Of a stretch of DNA of 64,000 nucleotides, positions 28,969 through 39,356 are shown one piece after another. Source of the DNA: an uncultured bacterium (GTDB lineage Bacteria > Chlamydiota > Chlamydiia > Chlamydiales > FEN-1388); contig CAYWZU010000003.1 of the NCBI GenBank assembly GCA_964462925.1, positions 22,381 to 86,380 on the forward strand, written 5' to 3'. Under the pieces are notes generated by a model. It saw only the letters and a list, made by a program, of their open reading frames with translations, was not told where the DNA came from and ran no database searches. How positions within the stretch are numbered: the first letter of the stretch is position 1; each line of letters opens with the position of its first letter. The translations under genes and the position numbers were made by a program.

Positions 28969-29964
28969 TTAAATGATTTTCTCTTTTCCCGGAAGTCCGA
29001 ATTTACAAAAATCGCTTACTATCTCTACAATAGCCTGGCGCGTAGTAATAATTGCGTAAAGCTCTTCTACGTCCTCAGCTTTCATGCGGATGCAGCCATC
29101 GCTCTCATAGCGGCCGATTCCAGCCATGCTATCAGTGAGCTTTCCGTCGCCATTTACTTGCCAAGGAGTGCCATGAATGCCAAATCCTTTAGCTGGCTCG
29201 CTGCAGTTATTAATTTCTTTTTCAAAAGGGATCCAGCGGGTTCCAAAGACTGTAATCATCTCGGTGCGCTTTCCTCTATAATTACCCATCATTTTAGGCT
29301 GGTAGACTGCAATTCTTGATCCGAGGCCATATCTTCCAGTCGGGGTAAGAGATCCGCTTGCTTTTGATGAGTCTTGCCTTCCGAGGCCTACTCTATAGGT
29401 TTTTAAGAGTATTCGTTCATTGCTATCAGGAAGCATTGTATAGAGCCACATTTTGCAACGGGAAATATCTATGACAAGATAAAAATAAAAGTTTACGTTA
29501 TTTGAGAGAACATTAAAAATTTGCCCCTCTCCTGCGGGCTTTGCATGATAATCTGCTCGTCCATTGATACTTCTTGCTATAAAGTGAAGATGAGTTTTGT
29601 GATGAGCAGCATAGTCTACAAGCCAGGCAGATCTTCCGCTCTTCCAGGATACTTTAGATTTATAGGTAATCGTTTCAACGATAGGAAGTGGAGAATTTTT
29701 CTGAAAGAGAAGCCCGATCCTATCAACATCGGGCACATTTTCTGCCTCCACGCAGATCTCTTGTGTAGGCTCTTGAACGGCTACTGGTTGCACTTCTACC
29801 TCTTGCTGGGGCTTTAAGGTAGTTAAATCGATCTCAATAGGCTGCAAAACAGCATTTTCAACAACCTCTTGGGGCTTTGCTTTGCCTTTTTTGACATAAG
29901 CTGCCACTCCAATTGCACCAAACAGAAACAAACTAACAACAAGAAATATGCGAGGAAGAGTCAT
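28969..29964 (-). CDS. L,D-transpeptidase (YkuD domain) with N-terminal membrane anchor
   Basis: GIHGTPW ... YESDGCIRM matches the catalytic HG...SxGC(I/V)R motif. N-terminal TM segment present. Confidence 0.8.
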   Translation of the reverse strand: MTLPRIFLVVSLFLFGAIGVAAYVKKGKAKPQEVVENAVLQPIEIDLTTLKPQQEVEVQPVAVQEPTQEICVEAENVPDVDRIGLLFQKNSPLPIVETITYKSKVSWKSGRSAWLVDYAAHHKTHLHFIARSINGRADYHAKPAGEGQIFNVLSNNVNFYFYLVIDISRCKMWLYTMLPDSNERILLKTYRVGLGRQDSSKASGSLTPTGRYGLGSRIAVYQPKMMGNYRGKRTEMITVFGTRWIPFEKEINNCSEPAKGFGIHGTPWQVNGDGKLTDSMAGIGRYESDGCIRMKAEDVEELYAIITTRQAIVEIVSDFCKFGLPGKEKII

Positions 29965-30304
29965 TATTTGCGAGCCGCCACCTCAAGTTCAGGAGCGAGA
30001 TCTGTTTCAATCGCACGTCGCATCTTTTTACCTGGTGTAAACTTTACAGCATTGCGCGCTGGGATCAAAATTGGTACAGATGCATTTTTCGGATTGCGAC
30101 CAATTTTTTGCTTGCGCTCCACAACTTCAAAAACCCCGAAGTCGCGAAACTCAAGGCGATCTCCTGAAGAAAGATAATCTGTCATCTTATCCAAAAACGC
30201 CTGAATAACTTGGCGTACATCGTTTGGATGAATTCCTTTTTCTTGCGAAATGGAATTGATCAGCTGCTTCTTTGTGATTGTGTGTGCATTTGCGCTATCT
30301 TCCA
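29964..30304 (-). CDS. IHF/HU-family DNA-binding protein
   Basis: RLEFRDFGVFEVVERKQKIGRNPKNASVPILIPARNAVKFTPGK is the HU/IHF arm. I prefer the MEDSANAH start (AAGGAG 10 nt upstream) over the ORF-track start at 30362. Confidence 0.8.
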
Positions 30305-30362
30305 TAGAACTTTGGCTCCTTGTTAAAAACGACAGGCATTTTCGTATGTCCTTCATTAACAA

Positions 30363-31637
30363 TCAAGTGTTAAGTGAAATAACTGACTTATGTTTTTTCC
30401 CAAGTGAGACAAGAAGGTACTTTCCATCGATGCATGCAGCCTCATCGATCATGAAATTTTCATCGCTTATGCTTTGATTATTCAGCCAAAGACCGCCATT
30501 TTTGATGAGGCGGCGCACATCACCCTTGCTTGCTGCAAATCCTGCCTTGACTATAGCGTCGATAAGTTTTCCACCCACAACTTCATGCTTGGCAAGTGCT
30601 GCATTTGGAACATCGTTTAAAAGTGCTGTAATGCTTTCGCTAGTAAGTTCAACTACTTTTCCCGGCTGCATTGCAAGCGTCGCATTGAGCGCTTTTTTAA
30701 GGCCCTCTTGTCCATGTACGATGTTTGTGATTGCTTCAGCAAGAAGCCTCTGTGCAGTGTTTGGAACGTAGCCTGCTTCTTTCATCTGATGCTCAATTTC
30801 TTTGATAGTACCAAGGTCGATAAAGGTGAGCATTTTGAGCAGCTTTATCACATCTTGATCGCTTACGCGGACGAGATATTGGTAGAATTCAAATGGCGAG
30901 AGCTTATCTGCCGACATCCAGATGGCGCCTTGTTCAGATTTTCCAAACTTTTGGCCATCGCTTCTTGTAAGAAGAGGCATTGTGAGGCCAAATACGCTAT
31001 TTCCTGTCAGCTTTCTTGTATAGTCGATGCCAGCAGTAATATTTCCCCACTGGTCGCTACCACCAATTTGCACCTGAACACCATGCTTTGAATGAAGGTG
31101 ATAAAAGTCATAGCCTTGAAGAAGCTGATAGCTAAATTCTGTAAAGCTCATGCCCTCTTCAGAATCCATACGGCCTTTCACGCTATCTTTTGCCATCATA
31201 GTGCCAACTCTAAAATGCTTACCAACATCTCTCAAAAATGCAAGGAAGGAAAGCTCTTTAAACCAGTCATAGTTATTCAGAAAAAGAGGTGCAGGAAGCG
31301 TAGTATCCGAAAGCAAAATCTGCTCAAGATTTTTTTGTATTCCCTTTTCGTTTTTACGCAGTGTCGCTTCATCAAGAAGCGCCCGCTCATGCTGCTTGCC
31401 GGAAGGATCTCCGATCATCCCAGTAGCACCGCCGACTATAGCTACAGGCTGATGCCCGCATCTTTGAAACCAAGCAAGCCCCATGATAGCAACCATATTG
31501 CCAACATGGAGGCTATCTGATGTCGGATCAAACCCGCAGTAGACCTTAAGCGGCTTTTTTGCAGCCTCCTTAAGCTCTTCATGCGTAATCGCATCAACCA
31601 ATCCCCTTGCCTGCAGTACATCAACAATATTTTCCAT
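30363..31637 (-). CDS. tyrS: Tyrosyl-tRNA synthetase
   Basis: YCGFDPTSDSLHVGN (HIGH region), KFGKSE (KMSKS), C-terminal S4-like domain. Start trimmed to MENIVDVL, because the 27 upstream codons translate an intergenic repeat. Confidence 0.9.
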   Translation of the reverse strand: MENIVDVLQARGLVDAITHEELKEAAKKPLKVYCGFDPTSDSLHVGNMVAIMGLAWFQRCGHQPVAIVGGATGMIGDPSGKQHERALLDEATLRKNEKGIQKNLEQILLSDTTLPAPLFLNNYDWFKELSFLAFLRDVGKHFRVGTMMAKDSVKGRMDSEEGMSFTEFSYQLLQGYDFYHLHSKHGVQVQIGGSDQWGNITAGIDYTRKLTGNSVFGLTMPLLTRSDGQKFGKSEQGAIWMSADKLSPFEFYQYLVRVSDQDVIKLLKMLTFIDLGTIKEIEHQMKEAGYVPNTAQRLLAEAITNIVHGQEGLKKALNATLAMQPGKVVELTSESITALLNDVPNAALAKHEVVGGKLIDAIVKAGFAASKGDVRRLIKNGGLWLNNQSISDENFMIDEAACIDGKYLLVSLGKKHKSVISLNT

Positions 31638-31687
31638 AGTTGCAATCTCATTTTTTTGAGCGAGAGTATAAAACGCTAATGAATAAT

Positions 31688-31790
31688 TAAAAAGGACATA
31701 AAGGACATAAATGACCAAAACGACATAAAGGACATAATATGAGCGTCATTTATGTCGTTTATGTCGTTTTGGTCCTTTTGTCCTTTTTAA
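31688..31790. repeat. Hairpin-forming intergenic repeat built from ~10-nt GGACATAAAG / CGACATAAAG units (family A)
   Basis: Left arm aaaggacataaaggacataaatgaccaaaacgacataaaggacataa. Right arm tcatttatgtcgtttatgtcgttttggtccttttgtccttttt is its imperfect reverse complement. Confidence 0.8.
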
Positions 31791-32545
31791 AAGGGATTGT
31801 TTTCTTGGATGTAGGTTACCTTAAGTCCAAATTGCTCCCCAAGGTGCTCGCCAAGGAGCTGCACACCGAGAGTCTCTGTTGCTGCATGGCCTAGGGCATA
31901 AAAGTTTATTTTGTCTTGATGGGCAATGTGCCAGATTGGCTCATCTACTGTGCCTGTAACGAAACAGTCAACTTCTGAAAGGACAGCTTCTGTAATTGCT
32001 TTATGTGCACCGCCAGATATGAGCGCGCAGGAACTAATCTCTTTTTTACCGCCAAAGACGCATGCTGCCTCGTGGCCATAAAAGCGCTCTAGCCTTTTTT
32101 TGAACTCTTCTCGAGAGGTTGCCGGCAGAGTACCCTTTACTCCAATCGTTTGGTTTTGAAAACGTCCAAAAGGCTCAAGATCAGAAAGTCCCAGCATTTT
32201 TGCTGCAGGCCAGTTATTGCCAAGTTCATGATGAGCATCAAGCGGAAGGTGATACGCAAGAAGGCTGATGTCATTTTCTATCAAGAGCTTTAGCATATGT
32301 TTGATGCTTCCGCTAATGACAACGTCTTTGCCTTTTAAAAAAATTCCGTGATGAACAAGGAGGCAGTCGGCCTTTATGCTTTTTGCCTTCTGGATAGCGT
32401 ATACGCTTGCAGAGACGGCAACAGCAAGGTGCTTTATACGGTCTCTTCCCTCCACCTGGATTCCGTTAATTGCAACGTCCTGAAAAAGACTAGGTTGCAA
32501 AATAGTATCGATATAGTGCGAAAATGTCTTGAGCTGAGTAGGCAT
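31787..32545 (-). CDS. NIF3-family (GTP cyclohydrolase 1 type 2-like) dinuclear metal protein
   Basis: LLVHHGIFLKG and the C-terminal GHAATETLG pattern are typical of Nif3/YbgI. Confidence 0.75.
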   Translation of the reverse strand: MPTQLKTFSHYIDTILQPSLFQDVAINGIQVEGRDRIKHLAVAVSASVYAIQKAKSIKADCLLVHHGIFLKGKDVVISGSIKHMLKLLIENDISLLAYHLPLDAHHELGNNWPAAKMLGLSDLEPFGRFQNQTIGVKGTLPATSREEFKKRLERFYGHEAACVFGGKKEISSCALISGGAHKAITEAVLSEVDCFVTGTVDEPIWHIAHQDKINFYALGHAATETLGVQLLGEHLGEQFGLKVTYIQENNPF

Positions 32546-32600
32546 ATATGGTTAATGTATGTTTTTTCAGTGGTATAGCATAAAAGGGGTACTTATCGCA

Positions 32601-33278
32601 ATGGATGATATAAAGAATCTAATAGGAATTCAGGCATGTGCCCTTGTTGAAGATGGAATGGTAGTTGGACTTGGAACAGGATCTACTGCAACTTGTTTTA
32701 TCGATGCTCTAGCAAAGAGGTACGAAAATGAGGGGCTAAATATTGTAACTGTTGCCTCTTCATATGCATCTGAGAAGCATGCGAGAGAAAAGGGCCTTCC
32801 TTTTGTCTCAATCGATGCTATAGAAAAAATCGATATCACCTTTGATGGTGCTGATGAAATCACCGCAAAAAAAGAGATGATAAAAGGTGCAGGCGGAGCC
32901 CTCTTAAAAGAAAAGATGTTGGCATCTGCAAGTAAAGAGCTTGTAATCCTAGTAGATGAGTCAAAAAAGGTCGAATCCCTTGGCAAAGCAAAGCTTCCCG
33001 TAGAAGTTATCCAGTTTGGCCATAAGATTGTCCAGATGAAACTTCTTGAGTTTGCAAAAGCTGCACACCTTCGCATGCGAGGAGATGGCATGCCCTTTAT
33101 CACAGACTCTGGCAACTTCATCTACGATCTCGAACTTAATGGTCTCATTGAACATCCAGAAGAGCTCGATACAAAAATCGACAAAATTGTTGGCGTTGTT
33201 GAAACAGGACTTTTTTACGGCTTTCCCGGAAGAGTTGTTGCAGGATACAAAGATGGCAGGGTGATGATTTATGAATAG
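32601..33278 (+). CDS. rpiA: Ribose-5-phosphate isomerase A
   Basis: GLGTGSTA, FDGADE, KGAGGALLKEK. Start trimmed to MDDIKNL. Confidence 0.85.
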   Translation: MDDIKNLIGIQACALVEDGMVVGLGTGSTATCFIDALAKRYENEGLNIVTVASSYASEKHAREKGLPFVSIDAIEKIDITFDGADEITAKKEMIKGAGGALLKEKMLASASKELVILVDESKKVESLGKAKLPVEVIQFGHKIVQMKLLEFAKAAHLRMRGDGMPFITDSGNFIYDLELNGLIEHPEELDTKIDKIVGVVETGLFYGFPGRVVAGYKDGRVMIYE

Positions 33279-33684
33279 CGAACTCCTTCAGCTCTCTTTT
33301 GACAAAATCATGCAGACGCACACATATACAATGATTGTGCTCAAAACTGGCGAAGTTCGCTTTGCCATATATGTAGAGGCTCAAGTTGGCAAAATTCTGC
33401 AGATGTATCTTACAGATATCGAAAAGCCGCGCCCCCTCACCCACGATCTTATAAGCTCAATGTGCAAAGGCTTTGAAATTAGCGTAAAGCAGGTTGTAAT
33501 TAACGATGTACAAGATACTACCTATTTTGCGAGGATCTTTTTTGAACAGATGCGAGGCGATGTCCGCCACATCGTTGAAATCGATGGCAGGCCAAGCGAT
33601 TTTATCACCTTAGCCCTCATGCACAATGCACCCATCTACTGTATAAAAGAGGTACTAGAAAAAATAGTACCCGTCGTAGAATGA
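33271..33684 (+). CDS. DUF151 bifunctional nuclease-family protein
   Basis: KPRPLTHDLI motif and the size are typical of DUF151. Overlaps the rpiA stop by 8 nt. Confidence 0.7.
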   Translation: MNSELLQLSFDKIMQTHTYTMIVLKTGEVRFAIYVEAQVGKILQMYLTDIEKPRPLTHDLISSMCKGFEISVKQVVINDVQDTTYFARIFFEQMRGDVRHIVEIDGRPSDFITLALMHNAPIYCIKEVLEKIVPVVE

Positions 33685-33700
33685 CATTTTTGTAATTGAA

Positions 33701-33784
33701 CACCACGGAGTCACTGAGCGCTGAGAGAGCCTTGATATATATATTCTCAATTGTCTCATTATACTCTCTGCCTCTGTGGTAAAA
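33701..33784. repeat. Degenerate hairpin repeat ending in CTCTGTGGTAAAA (family B)
   Basis: caccacggagtcactgagcgctgagagag ... ctctctgcctctgtggtaaaa. The arms are imperfectly complementary and share the TACCACAGAG core with 35613-35699. Confidence 0.5.
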
Positions 33785-33807
33785 TTTGAACGTAAAGGAA
33801 CTTACAT

Positions 33808-35604
33808 ATGCCCACTGCACGTAGCGACGTTTTGGAACAGGATCGCTGGAATCTCTCTGCACTTTACCCAAGTCTCGCTGATTGGCAAAAAGATTTTCAA
33901 TCTATTGTACATAAAGAGACACCTCCATTTTTTGAAGAACTTGCAGCATTTAGGGGGAAATTGGGAGAATCACCCGAAATACTTCTAAAAGCACTTGATC
34001 TATATTTTGAAACAGAAAGAAAACTCAGAAAGCTCTACACCTATGCACACCTTCTTCATGATGAAGAAATCACCCTAGAAGAGCCTAAAAAAGCCTATAA
34101 TAGCATCCTCACCATCTATCACCAGTTTGGCCAAGAGCTTTCATGGCTCCAGCCGGAAATTTTGAGCCTGCCAGAAGCTAAACTGCAAAGCTATCTTAGA
34201 GATAAAAAGCTGCAAAAATACCACTTCTTTCTCGAAAAACTAGATCGTTTAAAACCACACACCCTTACCGAGCAAGAAGAGCAGCTTGTTGCCCTTGCAG
34301 GGCAAGCGATGGACACTCCTCAGCGCACATTTTCTGCCCTCAATAATGCCGACTTCAAATTTGGCACTGTAAAAGATAGTAAAGGCGAAGAGAGAGAACT
34401 TACTCACGCAAGCTACGGCCTCTATATGCGAGATAGCGATAGAGTACTCAGAAAAAATGCATTCATGGCAATCCATAGAAAATATCAAGAGTATGAAAAT
34501 AGCCTGGCAGAACTTCTTTCAGGAAATGTGCAAGGGCACCTTTTTGAAGCAAAGGCAAGAAAATATAAAAGCTGCTTGGAGGCTGCCCTCTACCCAAAAA
34601 ACATAGATGTCGAAGTCTACCACGCACTTATTGACGCCGTGCATAAGAAAATTGGACTGCTCCATCGCTATATGAAACTACGAAAAAAGCTTCTTGGCGT
34701 AGATGAGCTTCATTACTACGATCTCTATGTGCCTTTAGTCGCATCCCAGGAGTTTAGCTATAGCTATGAGGAGGCTGAAAAGCTCATTATCGACTCAGTT
34801 GCACCGCTTGGAGAAGAATATGTCCGCCTACTTGACGATGGCCTTAAAATGGGCCGCTGGGTGGATCGCTATGAAAATCAAAATAAGCGCTCTGGTGCCT
34901 ATTCTAGCGGCTGCTTTGACAGCATGCCCTATATTTTAATGAACTATAAGGGAATACTTCGCGATGTCTTTACGCTTGCGCATGAAGCAGGACATAGCAT
35001 GCATAGCCTCCTTGCAAGAAAGAGCCAGCCCTACCACTACTCAGATTATGCAATCTTTGTTGCAGAAGTGGCATCGACCTTTAATGAAGAGCTCCTCTCG
35101 AAAAAACTTGTAGCTGAAGCAAAAACTGATAAGGAAAAAGCATACCTAATTAATGAAAAACTTGAAGACATTAGAGGCACGCTCTTTCGCCAGGTAAGCT
35201 TTGCAGAATTTGAACTTTTTATCCATGAATGTGCGGAAAAGAGAATTCCTCTTACCCCACAGCTTCTTAAAGAAAAGTACACTGAGATAACCCGATTTTA
35301 CTACGGGCCAGAACTTGTTATCGATCCAGAAGTTGGCATCGAATGGGCAAGAATCCCCCATTTCTACTACAATTTCTATGTCTACCAGTATGCAACGGGC
35401 ATCTCGGCAGCGCTTGCCCTTGCAGAATCTGTACGAAGCAAAGGACCAGAGGCCTATTTAAACTTTCTCTGTTCAGGATCAAGCGACTACCCAATCGAGC
35501 AGCTTGCAAAAGCGGGAGTCGACATGCGAAAGCCGGAGGCAATAGTGCGGGCTTTGGGTGAGTTTGATAACTACCTCACTCAGCTTGACGCCATTTTAAA
35601 ATAA
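33808..35604 (+). CDS. pepF: Oligoendopeptidase F (M3B)
   Basis: HEAGHSMH zinc motif plus overall M3B length and pattern. Confidence 0.85.
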   Translation: MPTARSDVLEQDRWNLSALYPSLADWQKDFQSIVHKETPPFFEELAAFRGKLGESPEILLKALDLYFETERKLRKLYTYAHLLHDEEITLEEPKKAYNSILTIYHQFGQELSWLQPEILSLPEAKLQSYLRDKKLQKYHFFLEKLDRLKPHTLTEQEEQLVALAGQAMDTPQRTFSALNNADFKFGTVKDSKGEERELTHASYGLYMRDSDRVLRKNAFMAIHRKYQEYENSLAELLSGNVQGHLFEAKARKYKSCLEAALYPKNIDVEVYHALIDAVHKKIGLLHRYMKLRKKLLGVDELHYYDLYVPLVASQEFSYSYEEAEKLIIDSVAPLGEEYVRLLDDGLKMGRWVDRYENQNKRSGAYSSGCFDSMPYILMNYKGILRDVFTLAHEAGHSMHSLLARKSQPYHYSDYAIFVAEVASTFNEELLSKKLVAEAKTDKEKAYLINEKLEDIRGTLFRQVSFAEFELFIHECAEKRIPLTPQLLKEKYTEITRFYYGPELVIDPEVGIEWARIPHFYYNFYVYQYATGISAALALAESVRSKGPEAYLNFLCSGSSDYPIEQLAKAGVDMRKPEAIVRALGEFDNYLTQLDAILK

Positions 35605-35612
35605 AAAAACAT

Positions 35613-35699
35613 TTTACCACAGAGACACAGAGAAAAAGAGAATTAGTAAAGATTTACAGTTTCTCTCTTTTTTCTCGTTCTCTGTGCCTCTGTGGTAAA
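35613..35699. repeat. Long hairpin repeat, TTTACCACAGAG(A/G)CACAGAGAA arms (family B)
   Basis: tttaccacagagacacagagaaaaagagaa ... ttctctcttttttctcgttctctgtgcctctgtggtaaa. The arms are reverse complements apart from small indels. May also terminate pepF. Confidence 0.75.
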
Positions 35700-35711
35700 C
35701 TCTTCTCTTTT

Positions 35712-35738
35712 TTAGCAGTTCGACATTTGAAGTGCTAA
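35712..35738 (+). promoter_or_regulatory. CIRCE (HrcA operator) upstream of groES
   Basis: TTAGCAGTT-cgacatttg-AAGTGCTAA versus consensus TTAGCACTC-N9-GAGTGCTAA. Correct 9-nt spacer, 62 nt upstream of the groES ATG. Confidence 0.75.
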
Positions 35739-35742
35739 ATGC

Positions 35743-35771
35743 TTGCAAAAATTGGGCTTTTTCCCTACTAT
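35743..35771 (+). promoter_or_regulatory. Candidate sigma-70-type promoter of groESL
   Basis: TTGCAA-N17-TACTAT, 28 nt before the groES ATG. Confidence 0.35.
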
Positions 35772-35799
35772 CTTGGATTATTCAACAAAGGAGATTCAT

Positions 35800-36111
35800 A
35801 TGGCTCAGACAGCTACTAAAGTTAAAATCCGCCCACTTGGCAACCGCGTGCTCCTCAGAAGACTCGAGCAAGAAGAAAAGCTTAAAGGCGGCATCATCAT
35901 GCCCGATACTGCAAAAAAGAAGCAGGAAAGCGCAGAAGTTGTAGCCGTAGGAAGTGGCAAAAAAGACAAAAATGGCCAGCTTATCCCAGTGCCTGTACAG
36001 GTTGGCGATGTAGTACTTATGGATAAATACTCAGGACAAGAGGTCACTATCGAAGATGAAGAGTATGTGATCGTCCGCTCCGATGACATCATCGCAGTAG
36101 TTCAAAAATAA
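35800..36111 (+). CDS. groES: Co-chaperonin GroES
   Basis: MAQTATKVKIRPLGNRVLLRR...GGIIMPDTAKKK. AAAGGAG SD sits 6 nt upstream of ATG 35800. Confidence 0.9.
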   Translation: MAQTATKVKIRPLGNRVLLRRLEQEEKLKGGIIMPDTAKKKQESAEVVAVGSGKKDKNGQLIPVPVQVGDVVLMDKYSGQEVTIEDEEYVIVRSDDIIAVVQK

Positions 36112-36119
36112 AAATATAA

Positions 36120-37751
<1,632 letters not shown>

Positions 37752-37767
37752 AAAAGGCTAAAGCATA

Positions 37768-37800
37768 AGGGCTAAAGGATAAAACTTTAGCCCTTTTTTT
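37768..37800 (+). terminator. Rho-independent terminator after groEL
   Basis: AGGGCTAAAG-gataaaa-CTTTAGCCCT followed by a T7 run. Confidence 0.8.
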
Positions 37801-37813
37801 ATATGGAATATAC

Positions 37814-38476
37814 ATGAAAAAATGGTTTATCTTCTTTGCAGCTTTTGGCTGTGCGCTAGCCATCTGCTACGCATCCTACCTCTACCTCTACCGCGCAGAA
37901 TTTACCTCCCAGATACTTACCAAAATCTACAAAACCCCTGTTAAAGTTGATAGAATCCGCGTAACAAGCAGTGACCTTGAATTTCAAAACATCGAAATCT
38001 ACAATCCAACTGAGTACGCAACGCAGCCCGCCCTGCAAATCTCCAAAGTTAAAATTAAAATACCAATCTATAGCACACTCTTTGCACTGCTCGACATCAC
38101 GCCATTTTCAGTAAGAAAAGTCTCCATCATCGACCCTACGGTATCCTACGAGACAATTGGCGACAAAAACAACTGGAGCGAGCTCCTAACAAACCTTGCA
38201 AATGCCCAAAAGAGCACAAGATGCTACTACATCGAAACCCTTGTTATTGAAGACATGGCTATCGAGATTCGCAACAAAGAACTCCACAAGCACGCCAAAC
38301 GCCCAAAATCCATCAACAACATCACGCTTGCCTACAACGAAGAAGCAGCACCCGAAACCCCATCAAATCTTATCTTTTACGCAACAAAACTAGCCCTCTC
38401 CCAAATACCAGAAATCGACCCGAAAACCCTCCCAGAAAGCCCTAAAACACAAAACCCATTTGAGGTGAAAAAATAA
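37814..38476 (+). CDS. Hypothetical membrane-anchored protein
   Basis: N-terminal TM/signal MKKWFIFFAAFGCALAICYASYLYLY. No recognised domain. Confidence 0.5.
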   Translation: MKKWFIFFAAFGCALAICYASYLYLYRAEFTSQILTKIYKTPVKVDRIRVTSSDLEFQNIEIYNPTEYATQPALQISKVKIKIPIYSTLFALLDITPFSVRKVSIIDPTVSYETIGDKNNWSELLTNLANAQKSTRCYYIETLVIEDMAIEIRNKELHKHAKRPKSINNITLAYNEEAAPETPSNLIFYATKLALSQIPEIDPKTLPESPKTQNPFEVKK

Positions 38477-38529
38477 GCAAATTCCTCTTGCCATTTTTAC
38501 CCAAAAAACCCTAAACTGTTGCCCATCAT

Positions 38530-38601
38530 TCCGGAATAGCTCAGTGGTAGAGCAGCGGACTGTTAATCCGTTGGTCGTAGGTTCGACCCCTACTTCCGGA
38601 G
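38530..38601 (+). tRNA. tRNA-Asn (anticodon GUU)
   Basis: Acceptor TCCGGAA/TTCCGGA, D-arm GCTCAGTGGTAGAGC, anticodon loop CTGTTAA, T-arm GTAGGTTCGACCCCTAC. Confidence 0.9.
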
Positions 38602-38756
38602 TCCAAGCCCTTAAGGTAAAACCTTAAGGGCTTTTTCTTTTTTTCAAAAAAACGACCAAAACGACCTAAAGGACAGTTGCCAACGTCCTTTTTGTCCTTT
38701 TTTGTCGTTTACGTCCTCTATGTCCCTTTGGTCCTTTATGTCCTTTCTTCTTTAAT
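38558..38756 (+). repeat. Direct repeat copy A of the tRNA-Asn islet (3' 44 nt of the tRNA + terminator + family A repeat)
   Basis: Aligns by eye with 42423-42602. Identical through the tRNA 3' part and the terminator. The family A repeat part differs by unit indels. Confidence 0.85.
38605..38644 (+). terminator. Terminator hairpin after tRNA-Asn
   Basis: AAGCCCTTAAGG-taaaa-CCTTAAGGGCTT plus a T-run. Duplicated at 42470-42508. Confidence 0.7.
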
Positions 38757-38801
38757 AAAAACGCCTTCACCTATATAGTAAATTTCTTAATTGGAGTTTC
38801 C

Positions 38802-39356
38802 ATGCTAAAAGGCTTCATCCCCTCCCACGGTGGCTACCAAAACCTCATCTCTTACCAAAAAGCCGAAATCATCTACGATGCCACGGTTTACTTTACGCGA
38901 AGGTTTTATCGAATAAGCGACCGTACGATTGATCAGATGGTACAAGCAGCTCGCTCTGGCAAGCAAAATATAGCCGAGGGCAGCCTTGCCTCCGGCACCT
39001 CTAAAGAATCAGAAATAAAACTCACAAACGTCGCCCGTGCCAGCCTAGAAGAACTCCTACTCGATTATCGTGATTTTATCCGAAAAAACAGCCTTAAAGA
39101 ATGGCCAAAAGAACACCCCCACGCCATCCGCCTCAGCATCCTAAACAGACAACCAAATGCTACCTATGCAACCTTCCAAAAAGGCATCGAACATGAAGAC
39201 CCAGAAATCTCAGCAAACGTCATCATCGGCCTCATCAAAGTTACCAACTACCTACTCGACCAACAAATCCGCAAGCTAGAACAAACTTTCGTCAAAGAAG
39301 GCGGTCTTTGCGAGCGCATGACAAGAGCGAGGTTAGCCAACAGAAAAAACTTTTGA
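38802..39356 (+). CDS. Four-helix-bundle protein (23S rRNA IVS-protein-like, with suffix domain)
   Basis: YQKAEIIYDATVYFTRRF...QMVQAARSGKQNIAEGS matches the pattern of the four-helix-bundle (TIGR02436-like) family as I recall it. Confidence 0.55.
   Translation: MLKGFIPSHGGYQNLISYQKAEIIYDATVYFTRRFYRISDRTIDQMVQAARSGKQNIAEGSLASGTSKESEIKLTNVARASLEELLLDYRDFIRKNSLKEWPKEHPHAIRLSILNRQPNATYATFQKGIEHEDPEISANVIIGLIKVTNYLLDQQIRKLEQTFVKEGGLCERMTRARLANRKNF

Noticed and set aside
31638-31718. 27-codon N-terminal extension of tyrS (MVIYVLYVLFNYS...)
   Set aside because: It is a translation of the family A repeat. The conserved TyrRS sequence starts at MENIVDVL.
32630-33121. 163-aa minus-strand ORF
   Set aside because: It is antisense to rpiA, which has unambiguous motifs.
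35743-35799. Upstream start for groES (MQKLGFFPTILDYSTKEIH)
   Set aside because: A strong SD precedes ATG 35800, and GroES homology begins there. The extension would cover the predicted promoter.
38646-38756. Possible CRISPR array, given the regularly spaced short repeats
   Set aside because: The units are only ~10 nt long, contiguous or palindromically arranged, and have no unique spacers. No cas genes are present. They are a REP-like repeat, not a CRISPR array.
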